Shown here piece by piece: positions 1-10,142 of a stretch of DNA of 64,000 nt. The notes under the pieces were generated by a model. The model made no database searches and was not told where the DNA came from. It saw only the letters and a program-made list of their open reading frames with translations. Position numbers and translations under genes: made by a program. Numbering within the stretch: the stretch's first letter is position 1; each line of letters begins with the position of its first letter. This DNA is from Candidatus Latescibacterota bacterium (lineage in GTDB: Bacteria; Latescibacterota; CBDEFO01): NCBI GenBank assembly GCA_965248755.1, contig OZ252149.1:992001-1056000 (forward strand), written 5' to 3'.

Positions 1-404
1 TGCGTGAGCGCGAAGGACTTTGGACGAGCCTTTTTAATCTCTACCAACACCTCGAATGTCCAAGTACGGCCATCCGCAACGCTTAACACTATTGGTAGCT
101 CGAAGGTTTCACCCACCACTTCTTCCTCCACATACATGGGAATCGTTAGTTTTTCTGTTCCAGTAGACCTTTTAGGTATATCTATCCGCTTCACTAGTTC
201 TCCGATCTGAACCCACTCGGGTAGATCTTTCGCTCTCACTTCAACCCCTACCCCCTTTAAAGTCAATTCTCCCTCATTTACTACTGAAAGAAATACTAAG
301 TTATCACCTTCATATAAACCCAACACCGGCAATTCATCTCCCTGCACTACTCCAAGAAACATTACCAGCATCAATAATCCTATGAAATAAATTATGCGAA
401 TCAT
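1..404 (-). CDS. Secreted protein, paralog of 4604..5272 (FlgD/T9SS-type CTD protein); runs off the window edge
   Basis: ATG at 404 preceded by AAGGAGG. It reads MIRIIYFIGLLMLVMFLGVVQGDELPVLGLYEGDNLVFLSVVNEGELTLKG and is colinear with 4869..5272 at offset 4868. Not in the ORF track because it is truncated. Confidence 0.9.
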   Translation of the reverse strand, partial: MIRIIYFIGLLMLVMFLGVVQGDELPVLGLYEGDNLVFLSVVNEGELTLKGVGVEVRAKDLPEWVQIGELVKRIDIPKRSTGTEKLTIPMYVEEEVVGETFELPIVLSVADGRTWTFEVLVEIKKARPKSFALT

Positions 405-600
405 CGAACCCTCCTTCTTTTGTAGGCTTACTAATTCATAAGAAATTCTTTTTTTTTCTACTAGAATAAATACGTCTTCTCGATCACATCTGCCATCGAC
501 AATACTATAGTACAATTCCAACCCTTTTTTGATGATAAAATATATATATTTTACAAATATTTAGTATTTATCAATCATTCTACAAATACTATAAGAAATT
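1..600. repeat. Copy A of a duplicated gene plus upstream region (copy B about 4869..5490)
   Basis: Coding DNA is near-identical. Upstream blocks are shared (cgaaccctcctt, ttcataagaaattcttttt, tctactagaata.atacgtcttctcgat, tatatattttacaa) and identity decays with distance. Confidence 0.9.
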
Positions 601-1015
601 TATATCACTGTCATAGTATAGATACGTGAGAGAGACAAAACATCCAAAACTTTTTTGAGTTTTTATAAATTCAAGATAGAGTACAATACCTTAAAGAAAG
701 TATTAATAAAATTAAGAGTTTAGATGATATATAGAATTTTTGAGGACTTTGAGTGATTTCACAGATTTCAGCCTTTAATCAGCTAGAGTCACTGGAAATG
801 GAGAGATTTCGCCTACAGATAAACTTAAGGGAAGAGGAAAACAATGTGGGTGAAGTAAGGATGATTTGCCTAAAAGAAATTAGCCTGTGAAAGTAGATAC
901 GTCAACTGGGGATGGGATCATGCACTTCTTCAAGAAAATCTGACACAGTAGCATCGATTTTAGAAGAGTGCAATTCATACCACTTCGATCTGGAAATATG
1001 GAATCCATACATATA

Positions 1016-1843
1016 TTACTCAGAATTCACAGGGCTCTGTGACTCGTTTTTTGATTGCCGGGCAGCTCTTATCTTTTCTATAGCCTTCTTTGCATAGATC
1101 CTGTTCTCGTACCTACCACTGTTAGGTTGAACATATGGATCTTGCGCTGCTATCTTCTGCAGAATAGGAATAGTGGAAGCATCCCCAAAAACCTCTAATG
1201 CCACGATATTGGGTGTCCTATATGTGACCTTCGAATCCCCTAAAAGAGAATGAAGACGCTCCCTGATATTATCTTTATCTTCTTTAGTCAAAAAGTTGGG
1301 ATCCAACGTAGCAATCTTCCTGAGTGTTAACATAGCTCCCCTTCTTATTCTTCGTCGGGTACTACCTAGCGAATCAATAATGTCAGGCACTACGGAGCGT
1401 CCAAGTTCCATCAAACCCCAAGCTACTCCTCGTCCATACTTCATGCCTTCAAGCTGAATAGCTTTGGAGCGCTCATCGCCTATTCTACCCAACAGCTCTA
1501 GAATTCCTAATGTACTTTCCGCTTGTAATTCCCCTGGTGGCCCCTTTAATAGAGGTTCCGTCTCTAGTTCATTGAATCTGTATATTAACGCAGGCACAGC
1601 TGGCCTGACTGCGTCTTTACCCTCTCTACCGAGAAGTCTCCACAATTTAGTAATCACAATGCTTGCAGAACGAAGATCGCCGTGCTTGATTATTTGGGCA
1701 TCATCATCTGAAAAAGACCAGCCCTCCACATCAAATAAGGTTCTTTGCTCTTGAGCATCCCCTTGTGTACTTAGCCAATTGGTAGCGGAGAGAACTAAAG
1801 TGACACATACGAAGAAAAGTAGCAGAGAGTATTTTCGTTTCAT
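1016..1843 (-). CDS. Exported HEAT/ARM-repeat-like protein (possible immunity or partner protein)
   Basis: N-terminal signal peptide and HEAT-like motifs (LLGRIGDERS, ALEVFGDASTIPILQKIA, AKKAIEKI). Confidence 0.65.
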   Translation of the reverse strand: MKRKYSLLLFFVCVTLVLSATNWLSTQGDAQEQRTLFDVEGWSFSDDDAQIIKHGDLRSASIVITKLWRLLGREGKDAVRPAVPALIYRFNELETEPLLKGPPGELQAESTLGILELLGRIGDERSKAIQLEGMKYGRGVAWGLMELGRSVVPDIIDSLGSTRRRIRRGAMLTLRKIATLDPNFLTKEDKDNIRERLHSLLGDSKVTYRTPNIVALEVFGDASTIPILQKIAAQDPYVQPNSGRYENRIYAKKAIEKIRAARQSKNESQSPVNSE

Positions 1844-1947
1844 CTTATATTCCTTTCGAGGATCTTTAAACTCATCTTTGGAGATGGAAGCGAAGAAGGT
1901 AAATTCTCAATATTCCATCAGCTTGCACATATATCCATGTCCACCTG

Positions 1948-2493
1948 TTAGCAAGGAGGGACAGAACCAGTTCTTAAATGAAGATGATCAGACTTCTTTT
2001 TTACAAAATCAAAGTAAAGATTAACTCCGGTCTCAATTCTATCCCTTTCACTATCAGATGATAGGGATTGCCATAAAGTATCCCCTACACCATACTTCCA
2101 ACCATCACCAGCTGTACCATACATATGGCGACTTTTTGGTGTACCACCTTCATTATCATTCCAATCGGGAGTTCTGTAAATACTTGAGGCAGTAACCTTG
2201 TCATCATACCATTCTCGAAAGCAATCCATGTTATCCATGTGTTCTTGGTTCCATACCCAGTAGTTAGCACCATCGTTACTATTCATCTCGTTCTCTCCGA
2301 AATAAGTAGATGTTTGATCACAAGTAAATTCTGCCCTATCAGGTTCTGGTAAACCCAGAGCTCCGTACTGTGATTGTATCTGATGAATCTCGTCATGCCA
2401 CGAATAAGTATTGCTCCACAAAAGCGCTGCTACTAGTAACACGACAAACAGAATTATGATTTCTCTTGGCTGCATCTTTATCTCCCTTTCCAT
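1948..2493 (-). CDS. Exported peptidase M15/LAS-family Zn peptidase (putative peptidoglycan hydrolase)
   Basis: Signal/TM segment, then SSIYRTPDWN..GG...SRHMYGTAGD (S-x-H-x6-D) and a C-terminal HLH, matching the M15 H-x6-D / H-x-H zinc ligands. Confidence 0.75.
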   Translation of the reverse strand: MEREIKMQPREIIILFVVLLVAALLWSNTYSWHDEIHQIQSQYGALGLPEPDRAEFTCDQTSTYFGENEMNSNDGANYWVWNQEHMDNMDCFREWYDDKVTASSIYRTPDWNDNEGGTPKSRHMYGTAGDGWKYGVGDTLWQSLSSDSERDRIETGVNLYFDFVKKKSDHLHLRTGSVPPC

Positions 2494-2605
2494 TTCACGT
2501 TAAGGTTAGCAACCTTATGGTGTTCTGCTTCGCTATGGACTTGTAGTTCATAAAGATAATACTCCTCTCTTCTGCCGGGAATCTAAGCCAGGATAATTGT
2601 TAGTC

Positions 2606-4603
2606 TTACTGTTCAATTCCCTGCAATTGCAGGAATTCGGAGAAGACTTCCTTAAACACTCCCCGTTTGCGGAACATATCCCCTACAGTGCGAATGAGTC
2701 GGCCATTGAGGCCCTCATGAGCATGGTCAAGGAGATCTTTATATATGGTTGCAGCTTCCTCATATCTGCCAGCATTCACCATATCCAACGCATTTCCGAC
2801 TACCCTCCATTCCTCTCCGGGATAATTTCTTCTCATAGCATAGAGTTGTTCCAAATAAATTTGTGTATTAGCAAGGTACTCTTTAGAAATAACGTCAGCA
2901 TAATTATCCAGTACCTTTTCGAACTCCACGATAGCACGATCAACTTCAAACAGTAACCAGTAATTGTAGCCTATCGAATATTGAGCCGATGCTTCAAGGT
3001 TGGGATATAACTCCATAACTTTCTGATATTGGGCAATGGCCTCTCTATGTCTTCCCTGTTTTTCATAAACAGATACTAGCGCCATTAGAATTGATACCCA
3101 GCTTTGCCCGGGGGAATCTTTTCTACGCTCCAAAACCTCCCAAGACTCTTCATACATCTTCGCCACTTTCTCAAGTCCTACCAGTTTGATCCTGGGATGC
3201 ACTGTTTGTACGACATCACTCTCATATTGGGCGATGGCATCCTTATACATACCCTGTCCTTGATAAGCAGCTCCAAACGCTAATAGTCGAGAACCTTCTC
3301 TTTCCTTCCAGGCCTCTTCATACAGCCGCAAGCCTTGCTCATATTCTCCCAGTTTGATCTTATATAGCCCCATTTCTACGGTCGCATACTTTGCCACATA
3401 TGAACCTGAGTCTACAATATTGAGTATCTGCTCACAACTCGTAATAGCTTTTTGATATTCCCCCAAGGCATCATACGCATTAGCCATCACCTGTAGAGCC
3501 TGGCATCTTACAATCTCTGATGATGAAAGATGCACAAGTTTTTCCATTGTCTGAATCACTTTCTGATACTGTCCAGACTGCCAGTAAAATCTCCCCAGAA
3601 GGTACACCGCCCGTCTTCTTTGCGTATCTTCCTTACGGATCTCGACCCATTCCTCCAATTTGGCCTGAGCTTCAGTTACCTTTCCTTCGGAGATAAGAGC
3701 AGAAATAGCGTGCACTTCTGAGCTCTCCTGCGGCTCCATAGTCACCAACAGCTCTTGTGAACCTTCTTCTACTTTCACCTCCCCAACAACTAAATCTACC
3801 AACTCGGAAGCCGCTGGAACTGCTTCTACCTGTACTATCCCATAGGGTATCGTACCCTCGGTTTCCTTTTCTCTAGTCCAACTTAAAACATTGTCATGTT
3901 CTCCCCCATCATCATCATCTATAATTCGCACATTCAAACCGATCTGGGTTCCTTGAACGAATTGCTCCACACCTAATACTTCTTTAGGTATACGCATTTC
4001 AACTATATATCCTGTATCTGTACGCTTAACTACTGCCTCTACTCCTAAAAGCTCCCATGTATACGGAATCTCCTGATCGTAGGGATCTGTCACGGGATAG
4101 AAAAAGACTCCTGAACCTTCCAGATGAACCTTTCCCGGTGCGTCCGCCACAATCTGTATCTCCCCGTCGTTGAGATCGAAATAGTCCTTCTCCCATATCT
4201 CAAACACCGGTATCTTGTCAGCGTCCAGATCCCCATTAAAAGATATCTGCACGACATCATCCTGAAACCATTTTCTGCCCCATGTAGTGCCTGAGCACAC
4301 CAGGTCGTCGCTTACCTTAACCCCTATATATAGGTGATCCCTACTCACAAAAGTCCGGAAGTTTCCCGAAATGTCTGCCGCATCTGTTGTGGGTCCAAAC
4401 CAGAAATGTTCAATATTGACTGGCTCTAACCCTATCTTCTCCCAGTCTGCTAAATCCCCATTTAAAGTAATCTTTGGATCTTCAACCAAAATGGTGGAGT
4501 AAGTTGTTCCTACAACATCGGACCAGGCTGAAAAAGGGAACGAAAGTGCAAGCGCCAAAGCTACTATACTGATCTTCCAATCCATGCTAATCCTCCTTTT
4601 CAT
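2606..4603 (-). CDS. Secreted CBM9-like/DOMON sugar-binding domain plus TPR-repeat protein
   Basis: Signal peptide; PKITLNGDLADW, DDVVQISFNGD, GYIVEMRIP and IGLNVRIIDDD motifs; multiple TPR-like units (GQYQKVIQ, GEYQKAIT, GRHREAIAQYQKVMELYP). Confidence 0.75.
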   Translation of the reverse strand: MKRRISMDWKISIVALALALSFPFSAWSDVVGTTYSTILVEDPKITLNGDLADWEKIGLEPVNIEHFWFGPTTDAADISGNFRTFVSRDHLYIGVKVSDDLVCSGTTWGRKWFQDDVVQISFNGDLDADKIPVFEIWEKDYFDLNDGEIQIVADAPGKVHLEGSGVFFYPVTDPYDQEIPYTWELLGVEAVVKRTDTGYIVEMRIPKEVLGVEQFVQGTQIGLNVRIIDDDDGGEHDNVLSWTREKETEGTIPYGIVQVEAVPAASELVDLVVGEVKVEEGSQELLVTMEPQESSEVHAISALISEGKVTEAQAKLEEWVEIRKEDTQRRRAVYLLGRFYWQSGQYQKVIQTMEKLVHLSSSEIVRCQALQVMANAYDALGEYQKAITSCEQILNIVDSGSYVAKYATVEMGLYKIKLGEYEQGLRLYEEAWKEREGSRLLAFGAAYQGQGMYKDAIAQYESDVVQTVHPRIKLVGLEKVAKMYEESWEVLERRKDSPGQSWVSILMALVSVYEKQGRHREAIAQYQKVMELYPNLEASAQYSIGYNYWLLFEVDRAIVEFEKVLDNYADVISKEYLANTQIYLEQLYAMRRNYPGEEWRVVGNALDMVNAGRYEEAATIYKDLLDHAHEGLNGRLIRTVGDMFRKRGVFKEVFSEFLQLQGIEQ

Positions 4604-5272
4604 TTATTTTAGCAAAACCATTTTCCTTGTCTTCACAAATTTTCCTGCAGCTAGTTTGAAGAAATACACTCCGGTGGCGACCTTTTGTTCGTGATCATCC
4701 AAGCCATTCCATATGACGGAGTAATAATCTGGCGCCTGGGGCTCATTGACCAATGTCCGTATCTTCTGCCCCATAATGTTGAATATATTCAATTGCGTGG
4801 GAACAGTTTCAGTTCCTCCCAATGTATACTGAATCACTGTAACTGGATTGAACGGATTGGGTGCGTTCTGCATGAGCGCGAAGGACTTTGGACGAGCCTT
4901 TTTAATCTCTACCAACACCTCGAACGTCCACGTACGGCCATCTGCAACGCTCAACACTATTGGTAGCTCGAAGGCTTCACCCACCATTTTTCCCTCCACA
5001 AACATGGGAATCATCAGCTTTTCTGTTCCAGTAGACGTTTTAGGTATATCTATCCGCTTCACTGCTTCTCCGATCTGAACCCACTCGGGTAGATCTTTCG
5101 CTCTTACTTCCACCCCAACCCCCTTTAAAGTCAATTCTCCCTCATTTACTACTGAAAGAAATACTAAGTTATCACCTTCATATAACACCAATACTGGCAT
5201 TTCGTCTCCCTGCACTACTCCAACAAACGTTACTAGCATCAAAAGTCCCGTGAAATAAATTCTGCGAACCAT
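4604..5272 (-). CDS. Secreted protein with FlgD-Ig/T9SS type A-like C-terminal domain
   Basis: Signal peptide; C-terminus LMQNAPNPFNPVTVIQY...IFNIMGQKIRTL...WNGLDD...ATGVYFFKL...KMVLLK. Confidence 0.85.
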   Translation of the reverse strand: MVRRIYFTGLLMLVTFVGVVQGDEMPVLVLYEGDNLVFLSVVNEGELTLKGVGVEVRAKDLPEWVQIGEAVKRIDIPKTSTGTEKLMIPMFVEGKMVGEAFELPIVLSVADGRTWTFEVLVEIKKARPKSFALMQNAPNPFNPVTVIQYTLGGTETVPTQLNIFNIMGQKIRTLVNEPQAPDYYSVIWNGLDDHEQKVATGVYFFKLAAGKFVKTRKMVLLK

Positions 5273-5626
5273 CGAACCCTCCTTACTTTTATAGGGTTAC
5301 TACTTCATAAGAAATTCTTTTTTCTTCTACTAGAATATATACGTCTTCTCGATTTATCTTTAATCACCGACAGTATACGACAAGTTCAGTCCTTTGTCAA
5401 GACTTTTTTTGGTATTATTTTGATAATACCTATATATTTTACAAGTTGTTATATATGTCCAGTATTCTATAAATACTACAATAACTATATGTAAAAATAG
5501 ACCATCCCTGCATTAGATTACTGCCCCTGTATGAGAGCAATCTTAGATGGACACTTTGTCGAACACTACCGGGAAATTATCTTCCAACCTGTTTCTCTTC
5601 CCTATAGTCTATCATCTTTTTCAGCA

Positions 5627-7054
5627 TCATATCCTGTCAGCCGTAGAAAGGAGGAACGACTCGATCTCCTCCCTGTATTCACACCCCTTCTTCGATTCCC
5701 TGAATGTCGTAAGCCACGTTCTCATCTTTTTTGATCCCTCTGCTTTTCCGTTCAACTCGATCAGGCCCTGCAAGATGCCCTTGAACGCTCTAAAAGGTGT
5801 CATTACCCCGATGTGCAGAGCCTGTGCTTCCTCAGATTCCGCATCTGTCGCCTTTAACGTTATCAATCTATGAATAAATTCAGGAACGTCCACACCGTCC
5901 TCGTAGCCCTTGACCATAGTCAACTTAACGCTGATTTCCCCCGCAGTGGTCTGACCACCTGTAGCCGAGTTCCGCCTGAAGACAAAATCCCCGCCGTTGA
6001 TCCATAGCCCCTTGGACAGAATCGACCGCCCCTTTTCCGGATCGGAATAGATAGTCAAGATCTTGGCGATCTCCTCGCTTACGCTGCCCGAATCCTCCTC
6101 ATCCAGCAACTCGTGATCATCCTTGCTGTGCCACACTATAAACCTATCACCATTTTCCGAATACTTCATGTGTAGCTCTTTATATCCATCCAGCCACTCT
6201 TCAGCCACAATCCCGATCTTGATAGATTCCTGGCTCCTTTTCGCTTGGGAAAACCCGAATAAGTAGGGCTGGGGCACATAGCTGCCATTTACGGCGTAGC
6301 ATTCCGCAGCAGTCCGATACGCTCCGAGCAGCACATCGCTGCTTGGTTCGTTTTTGGCCGCGTGCAGGGCGAACTCTGCGTTCTGTTCCCTGTCCTTTAG
6401 CTCCACCCTTATATGAAAGACGCCTGTAAATTTCCCCTCAGCTATAGACTGCATCTCTACATCCCTAATGTCTTTAAGATCCACCCTCTCTCTGAGAAGG
6501 CACTCAAGAACATGCAGGAGATACCTCGCCCCGTCTCCGGACAGATGGCGATGGACCACAGCCCTCATCTGCTGCGGAGCGATCCCCTCTTCCAAATAGG
6601 CGTTGATGTCGAATCTCTCCTCTCCTCTATCAGGATAGAAGGGCTTAGATTTGAAAGCCACCTGCTCTCCACGGGCGTCAATTATTCTCCAATATCGGCC
6701 TATTTCCATCTCAAACTGACGAATCTTGAGATAATCAGACGCCTTAAGAAACGCTGTAAAGGCTCCATAAGAGGCAAGCTGACCTAAACACTTCATAACG
6801 CCCTGAATGCGCTCCTCTAACGTCTGATCTTTCAATAATATCAGCTTCTCGACAAGCTCTTTCTCTTTGCTGTTCGCCTTCAACCATCCATCCAGATATG
6901 AACTCCGTCCATCCGCTTCCGTTCCATTGAAGACATCTATGGCGTCTACCAGTAAGACGCTAATTGAGATCCAGGGGTCCATGTCGGGGTTGATCCCCAT
7001 GAGACGATCATATAATGGATGTTGTCTGATGAAGCGATCCATGTAGCCTCGCAT
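5627..7054 (-). CDS. Hypothetical protein, possible kinase/APH-like fold in the C-terminal half
   Basis: 475 aa ORF. IAEGKFTGVFHI, VPQPY, EEWLDGY and GGDFV resemble kinase-like subdomains, but the HxD catalytic loop is not canonical. Confidence 0.5.
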   Translation of the reverse strand: MRGYMDRFIRQHPLYDRLMGINPDMDPWISISVLLVDAIDVFNGTEADGRSSYLDGWLKANSKEKELVEKLILLKDQTLEERIQGVMKCLGQLASYGAFTAFLKASDYLKIRQFEMEIGRYWRIIDARGEQVAFKSKPFYPDRGEERFDINAYLEEGIAPQQMRAVVHRHLSGDGARYLLHVLECLLRERVDLKDIRDVEMQSIAEGKFTGVFHIRVELKDREQNAEFALHAAKNEPSSDVLLGAYRTAAECYAVNGSYVPQPYLFGFSQAKRSQESIKIGIVAEEWLDGYKELHMKYSENGDRFIVWHSKDDHELLDEEDSGSVSEEIAKILTIYSDPEKGRSILSKGLWINGGDFVFRRNSATGGQTTAGEISVKLTMVKGYEDGVDVPEFIHRLITLKATDAESEEAQALHIGVMTPFRAFKGILQGLIELNGKAEGSKKMRTWLTTFRESKKGCEYREEIESFLLSTADRI

Positions 7055-7056
7055 CT

Positions 7057-7078
7057 TCCCGTGGAAACGGGAATCCAG
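7057..7078. repeat. REP-like palindrome (TTCCCGTGGAAACGGGAATCCAG family)
   Basis: Hairpin; a related copy TTTCCGCGAAAGCGGGAATCCAG lies at 22601..22623. Confidence 0.7.
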
Positions 7079-7094
7079 CCTTATTATTTCACAA

Positions 7095-8105
7095 TCACTG
7101 CATCCTTACCCTGGGATCAGTTAGTGCGAGCAGAATATCCGCCAGCAGATTCCCGGCTATCAACAGCATAGCCCCCATGGTCAGACTCCCCATTACCAAG
7201 AACATATCCTGACTCAACACAGCATCCAGGATAAGCTTTCCGAGTCCCGGCCACGAGACGATAGCCTCCGTTATTCCCGCTCCGGATAATAGACCCGATA
7301 TTTGATACCCGAATATGGTCACAAAGGGATTTATGGCGTTCCTGAGAGCGTGCTTGTAGATGACGATCTTCTCCGACAGCCCCTTGCTCCTGGCTGTGGT
7401 CACAAAGTTCTCCTTCAACGCCTCAAGCATGTAGCCCCGCATCAATCTCACCAGCCCCGCCATTCCCCCTGTGCCCAGAACTACCGTAGGAATTATAAGA
7501 TAATGCAGCCTTTGCAGGATCTTCCCGAAGGCGCTGAAAGAATCGTAGTCCGAGCCGTACAGTCCCCCTATGGGGAACCATCCCGTCACAGATGCGATAT
7601 AGAGGAGAATGAAAGCCAGAAAGAAATTGGGCACCGACATGCCAAAGAAGGCTAAAAAGGAGAGGATCCTGTCCATCCACGTATGCTGATGAACCGCAGA
7701 GTAGATCCCTATCGGGATAGCCAGACCCCACGAGAAGACCATCGCACAGAGGGACAGGATCAAAGTGTTTACTAAACGTCCCTTTATCAGGGTAGATACA
7801 GGAACGTGGTATGTGAAGGAATAGCCAAAGTTGAGCTTAGGCCGTATAATCGGAATGCCCCATACCCTATCTACTATTGGAACTAAAATCTCCTTGAGCC
7901 ATCTGACATACTGTACATAGACAGGCTTATCCAGGGCAAATTCCGCCTCCATCTGCCTTATCGTCTCCTCCTTGATCTCGGGATTCATCTTCAACTGCGT
8001 AAAGTAATTGCCCGGCGCAAGCTGGAGGATCAAAAACGAAAGCAGAGTTATCCCGAACAGAAGGGGGATCGTATGGAGCAGGCGTCTTGCTATGTACCCG
8101 ATCAT
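7095..8105 (-). CDS. Peptide/nickel ABC transporter permease (OppB/DppB family)
   Basis: YIARRLL N-terminus, TARSKGLSE..VIYKHALRNA EAA loop, DPRVR C-terminus. Confidence 0.95.
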   Translation of the reverse strand: MIGYIARRLLHTIPLLFGITLLSFLILQLAPGNYFTQLKMNPEIKEETIRQMEAEFALDKPVYVQYVRWLKEILVPIVDRVWGIPIIRPKLNFGYSFTYHVPVSTLIKGRLVNTLILSLCAMVFSWGLAIPIGIYSAVHQHTWMDRILSFLAFFGMSVPNFFLAFILLYIASVTGWFPIGGLYGSDYDSFSAFGKILQRLHYLIIPTVVLGTGGMAGLVRLMRGYMLEALKENFVTTARSKGLSEKIVIYKHALRNAINPFVTIFGYQISGLLSGAGITEAIVSWPGLGKLILDAVLSQDMFLVMGSLTMGAMLLIAGNLLADILLALTDPRVRMQ

Positions 8106-8151
8106 ATTTGACTACCGAATAAGTTGGTAGAACAGACATTTTTGTCTGTTC

Positions 8152-8325
8152 AGTAGACAGGTGAGATTGCTTTGTCAGACAGGAATGTCTGACCCACCAG
8201 GTTTCACCCCTTGCGATGACTGAAGGCCAAAGCCAAGCAACGTCATTGCAAGCAACCTCCGATTGAATCTATCGGGGGGAAGCAATTTACGTTAGACTGC
8301 CTCTCCTCCCTGTATGCTGTTTACT
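8152..8325. repeat. Nested REP cluster: inverted GAGATTGC..GATGAC / GTCATTGC..GAAGCAAT pair containing a CAGACAGGAATGTCTG hairpin and a CCGATTGAATCTATCGG hairpin
   Basis: Read directly; the same families recur across the window. Confidence 0.75.
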
Positions 8326-10111
8326 ATATGCTGTCTACTGTTTTGATGAATATCTCCTCGATATTATGCAGATAGCCGCCGTATGCCGTCGGCTTCAGAT
8401 TTCCAAATTTGTTTCTAACCGCCATCAAGCTGGCGGGACTAGCTGTGTAGATCATCGGAAGTTGCTCTGACACTATCACCTGCCAGTGATCGTAAAGCTC
8501 TTTCCTCTTATCTTCATCTAACTCGACGGCTCCTTTTTCGAAGATCTCATCTATCTCTTTTTCCCACTCTGTCTCAGGGGAGTCTTGCTTTGGATTCCAC
8601 ATGTGCAGATGGCCGCTTGAGTGCCAGACATTTTTGCCACCGTGAGGCTCAATACCTCCCGTCAGACCAAGGATTATGGCGTCGAAGTCGAACGTGGCGT
8701 CTATACGGATCACTAACGAATTGAAAAGGATAGCGGCGTAGTTCACCTTCATACCTATCTTCTTGAGATCGTCCTGTATTATCAGTGCGATGTCCTCTCT
8801 GACCTGATTCCCGCTGTTAGTCAAAAGGTTGAATTCAACTGTGTTTCCATCTTCATCCTCTATCCATCCATCGCCGTCCCTGTCCTCATATCCCGCCTCT
8901 TCAAGGATAGCTTTAGCCTTTGAAAGATCGTATTCATATTTCTTCGTGTTGGGATTAGAGAAGAACTTCGCGGCCTCCGACACAGGGGAGTCCTGAGGAT
9001 AGCCTAGGCCGTTCATCACGCTTGAAATTACCGTCTCCTTATCCACAGCGTGAGCCACAGCCCTGCGGAAGTTTATATCAGTAAACCACTTCAGTTTATG
9101 AGGCTGGACAAACCACTCTCCTTCATTATCCCTCCTTGAATTGTGATTGAAAAACACAAAGTTGGAGCCGAACGTGGGTCCTGCGTTGTAAATGGTGAAA
9201 TTACCCTCCTGTTCCTTCGGCTTTAGTAGAGGAAAATCCTGACCCCTTAACCGCAATCCATCTAGCTCCCCCGCCTGAAACTTCAACACCTGTATAGCCT
9301 GATTCGGAACGGTAAGGATCACTATTTGATCTAAATAAGGGAGTCTGTTCCCTTTTGTATCTTTCTTCCAGTAATTTGGGTTCCTCTCCAATATCACGTG
9401 CTGACCGGGCTTGAACTCCTTTAACTTGAACGGACCTGTCCCTATTATCTGAGATGGGGGGGTGTCTATCCCCCAGGTGGAGTTGAATCTCCCCTCCTCG
9501 ACCGACTTTTCGAGAACATGCTGTGGCATTATCTCCGTGCCGATAGACCTCAGAAAAGGAGCAAAGGGTTTAGGAGTCGTTATTCTCACCGTATAGTCGT
9601 CCACCTTTTCGACCTTAAAGAACTCCCCCTCAATGTTGAGAATGTCCCTTGCACTTGTAGGAATGTCCTCATTGTATATCAAACTGTTGAACGTAAATAC
9701 CACGTCATCCGCAGTCAGCGGCTCCCCGTCGAACCACTCAACGTCTCTCCTTAAATGAAACGTCCAGGTCTTCTTATCCTCCGCCACCTCCCACGACTCC
9801 GCAAGGGAAGGCTCAACCTCCGTAGTTACCCCATCCACAGTCGTAAGCCCCTCAAACATATAACCCGTGATGCCGGTGGTCGAGGTCTCCTTAGCTATTA
9901 CTGCATTAAAAGACTTGGGATCAGAGATAGTTGAGTAGGTAATCTTCCCTCTATATCTCCCAATCTGTGTCTTTAGCATCTCCTGCTCTGTCGTCTTTTT
10001 GTCAGAACGTTCGCTGCTAACTGCCCCTTTCGATGCCTCCTTGTCTGTTCCTGAGCACGATAGGAGGACAACATACCAGAATAATGCAAAAATCAAATAT
10101 CTGAAGCTCAT
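8324..10111 (-). CDS. Peptide ABC transporter substrate-binding lipoprotein (family 5)
   Basis: Lipobox LLSC; SDPKSFN, PSLAESWEV, WFDGEPLTADDVVFT and GTGPFKL motifs. Confidence 0.95.
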   Translation of the reverse strand: MSFRYLIFALFWYVVLLSCSGTDKEASKGAVSSERSDKKTTEQEMLKTQIGRYRGKITYSTISDPKSFNAVIAKETSTTGITGYMFEGLTTVDGVTTEVEPSLAESWEVAEDKKTWTFHLRRDVEWFDGEPLTADDVVFTFNSLIYNEDIPTSARDILNIEGEFFKVEKVDDYTVRITTPKPFAPFLRSIGTEIMPQHVLEKSVEEGRFNSTWGIDTPPSQIIGTGPFKLKEFKPGQHVILERNPNYWKKDTKGNRLPYLDQIVILTVPNQAIQVLKFQAGELDGLRLRGQDFPLLKPKEQEGNFTIYNAGPTFGSNFVFFNHNSRRDNEGEWFVQPHKLKWFTDINFRRAVAHAVDKETVISSVMNGLGYPQDSPVSEAAKFFSNPNTKKYEYDLSKAKAILEEAGYEDRDGDGWIEDEDGNTVEFNLLTNSGNQVREDIALIIQDDLKKIGMKVNYAAILFNSLVIRIDATFDFDAIILGLTGGIEPHGGKNVWHSSGHLHMWNPKQDSPETEWEKEIDEIFEKGAVELDEDKRKELYDHWQVIVSEQLPMIYTASPASLMAVRNKFGNLKPTAYGGYLHNIEEIFIKTVDSI

Positions 10112-10142
10112 TTTATCGTATCTCCGCTACGCTGTATTTCGT

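Noticed and set aside
600..1015. AT-rich intergenic stretch as an origin or sRNA
   Set aside because: No DnaA-box cluster, iterons or stable long hairpin were recognised.
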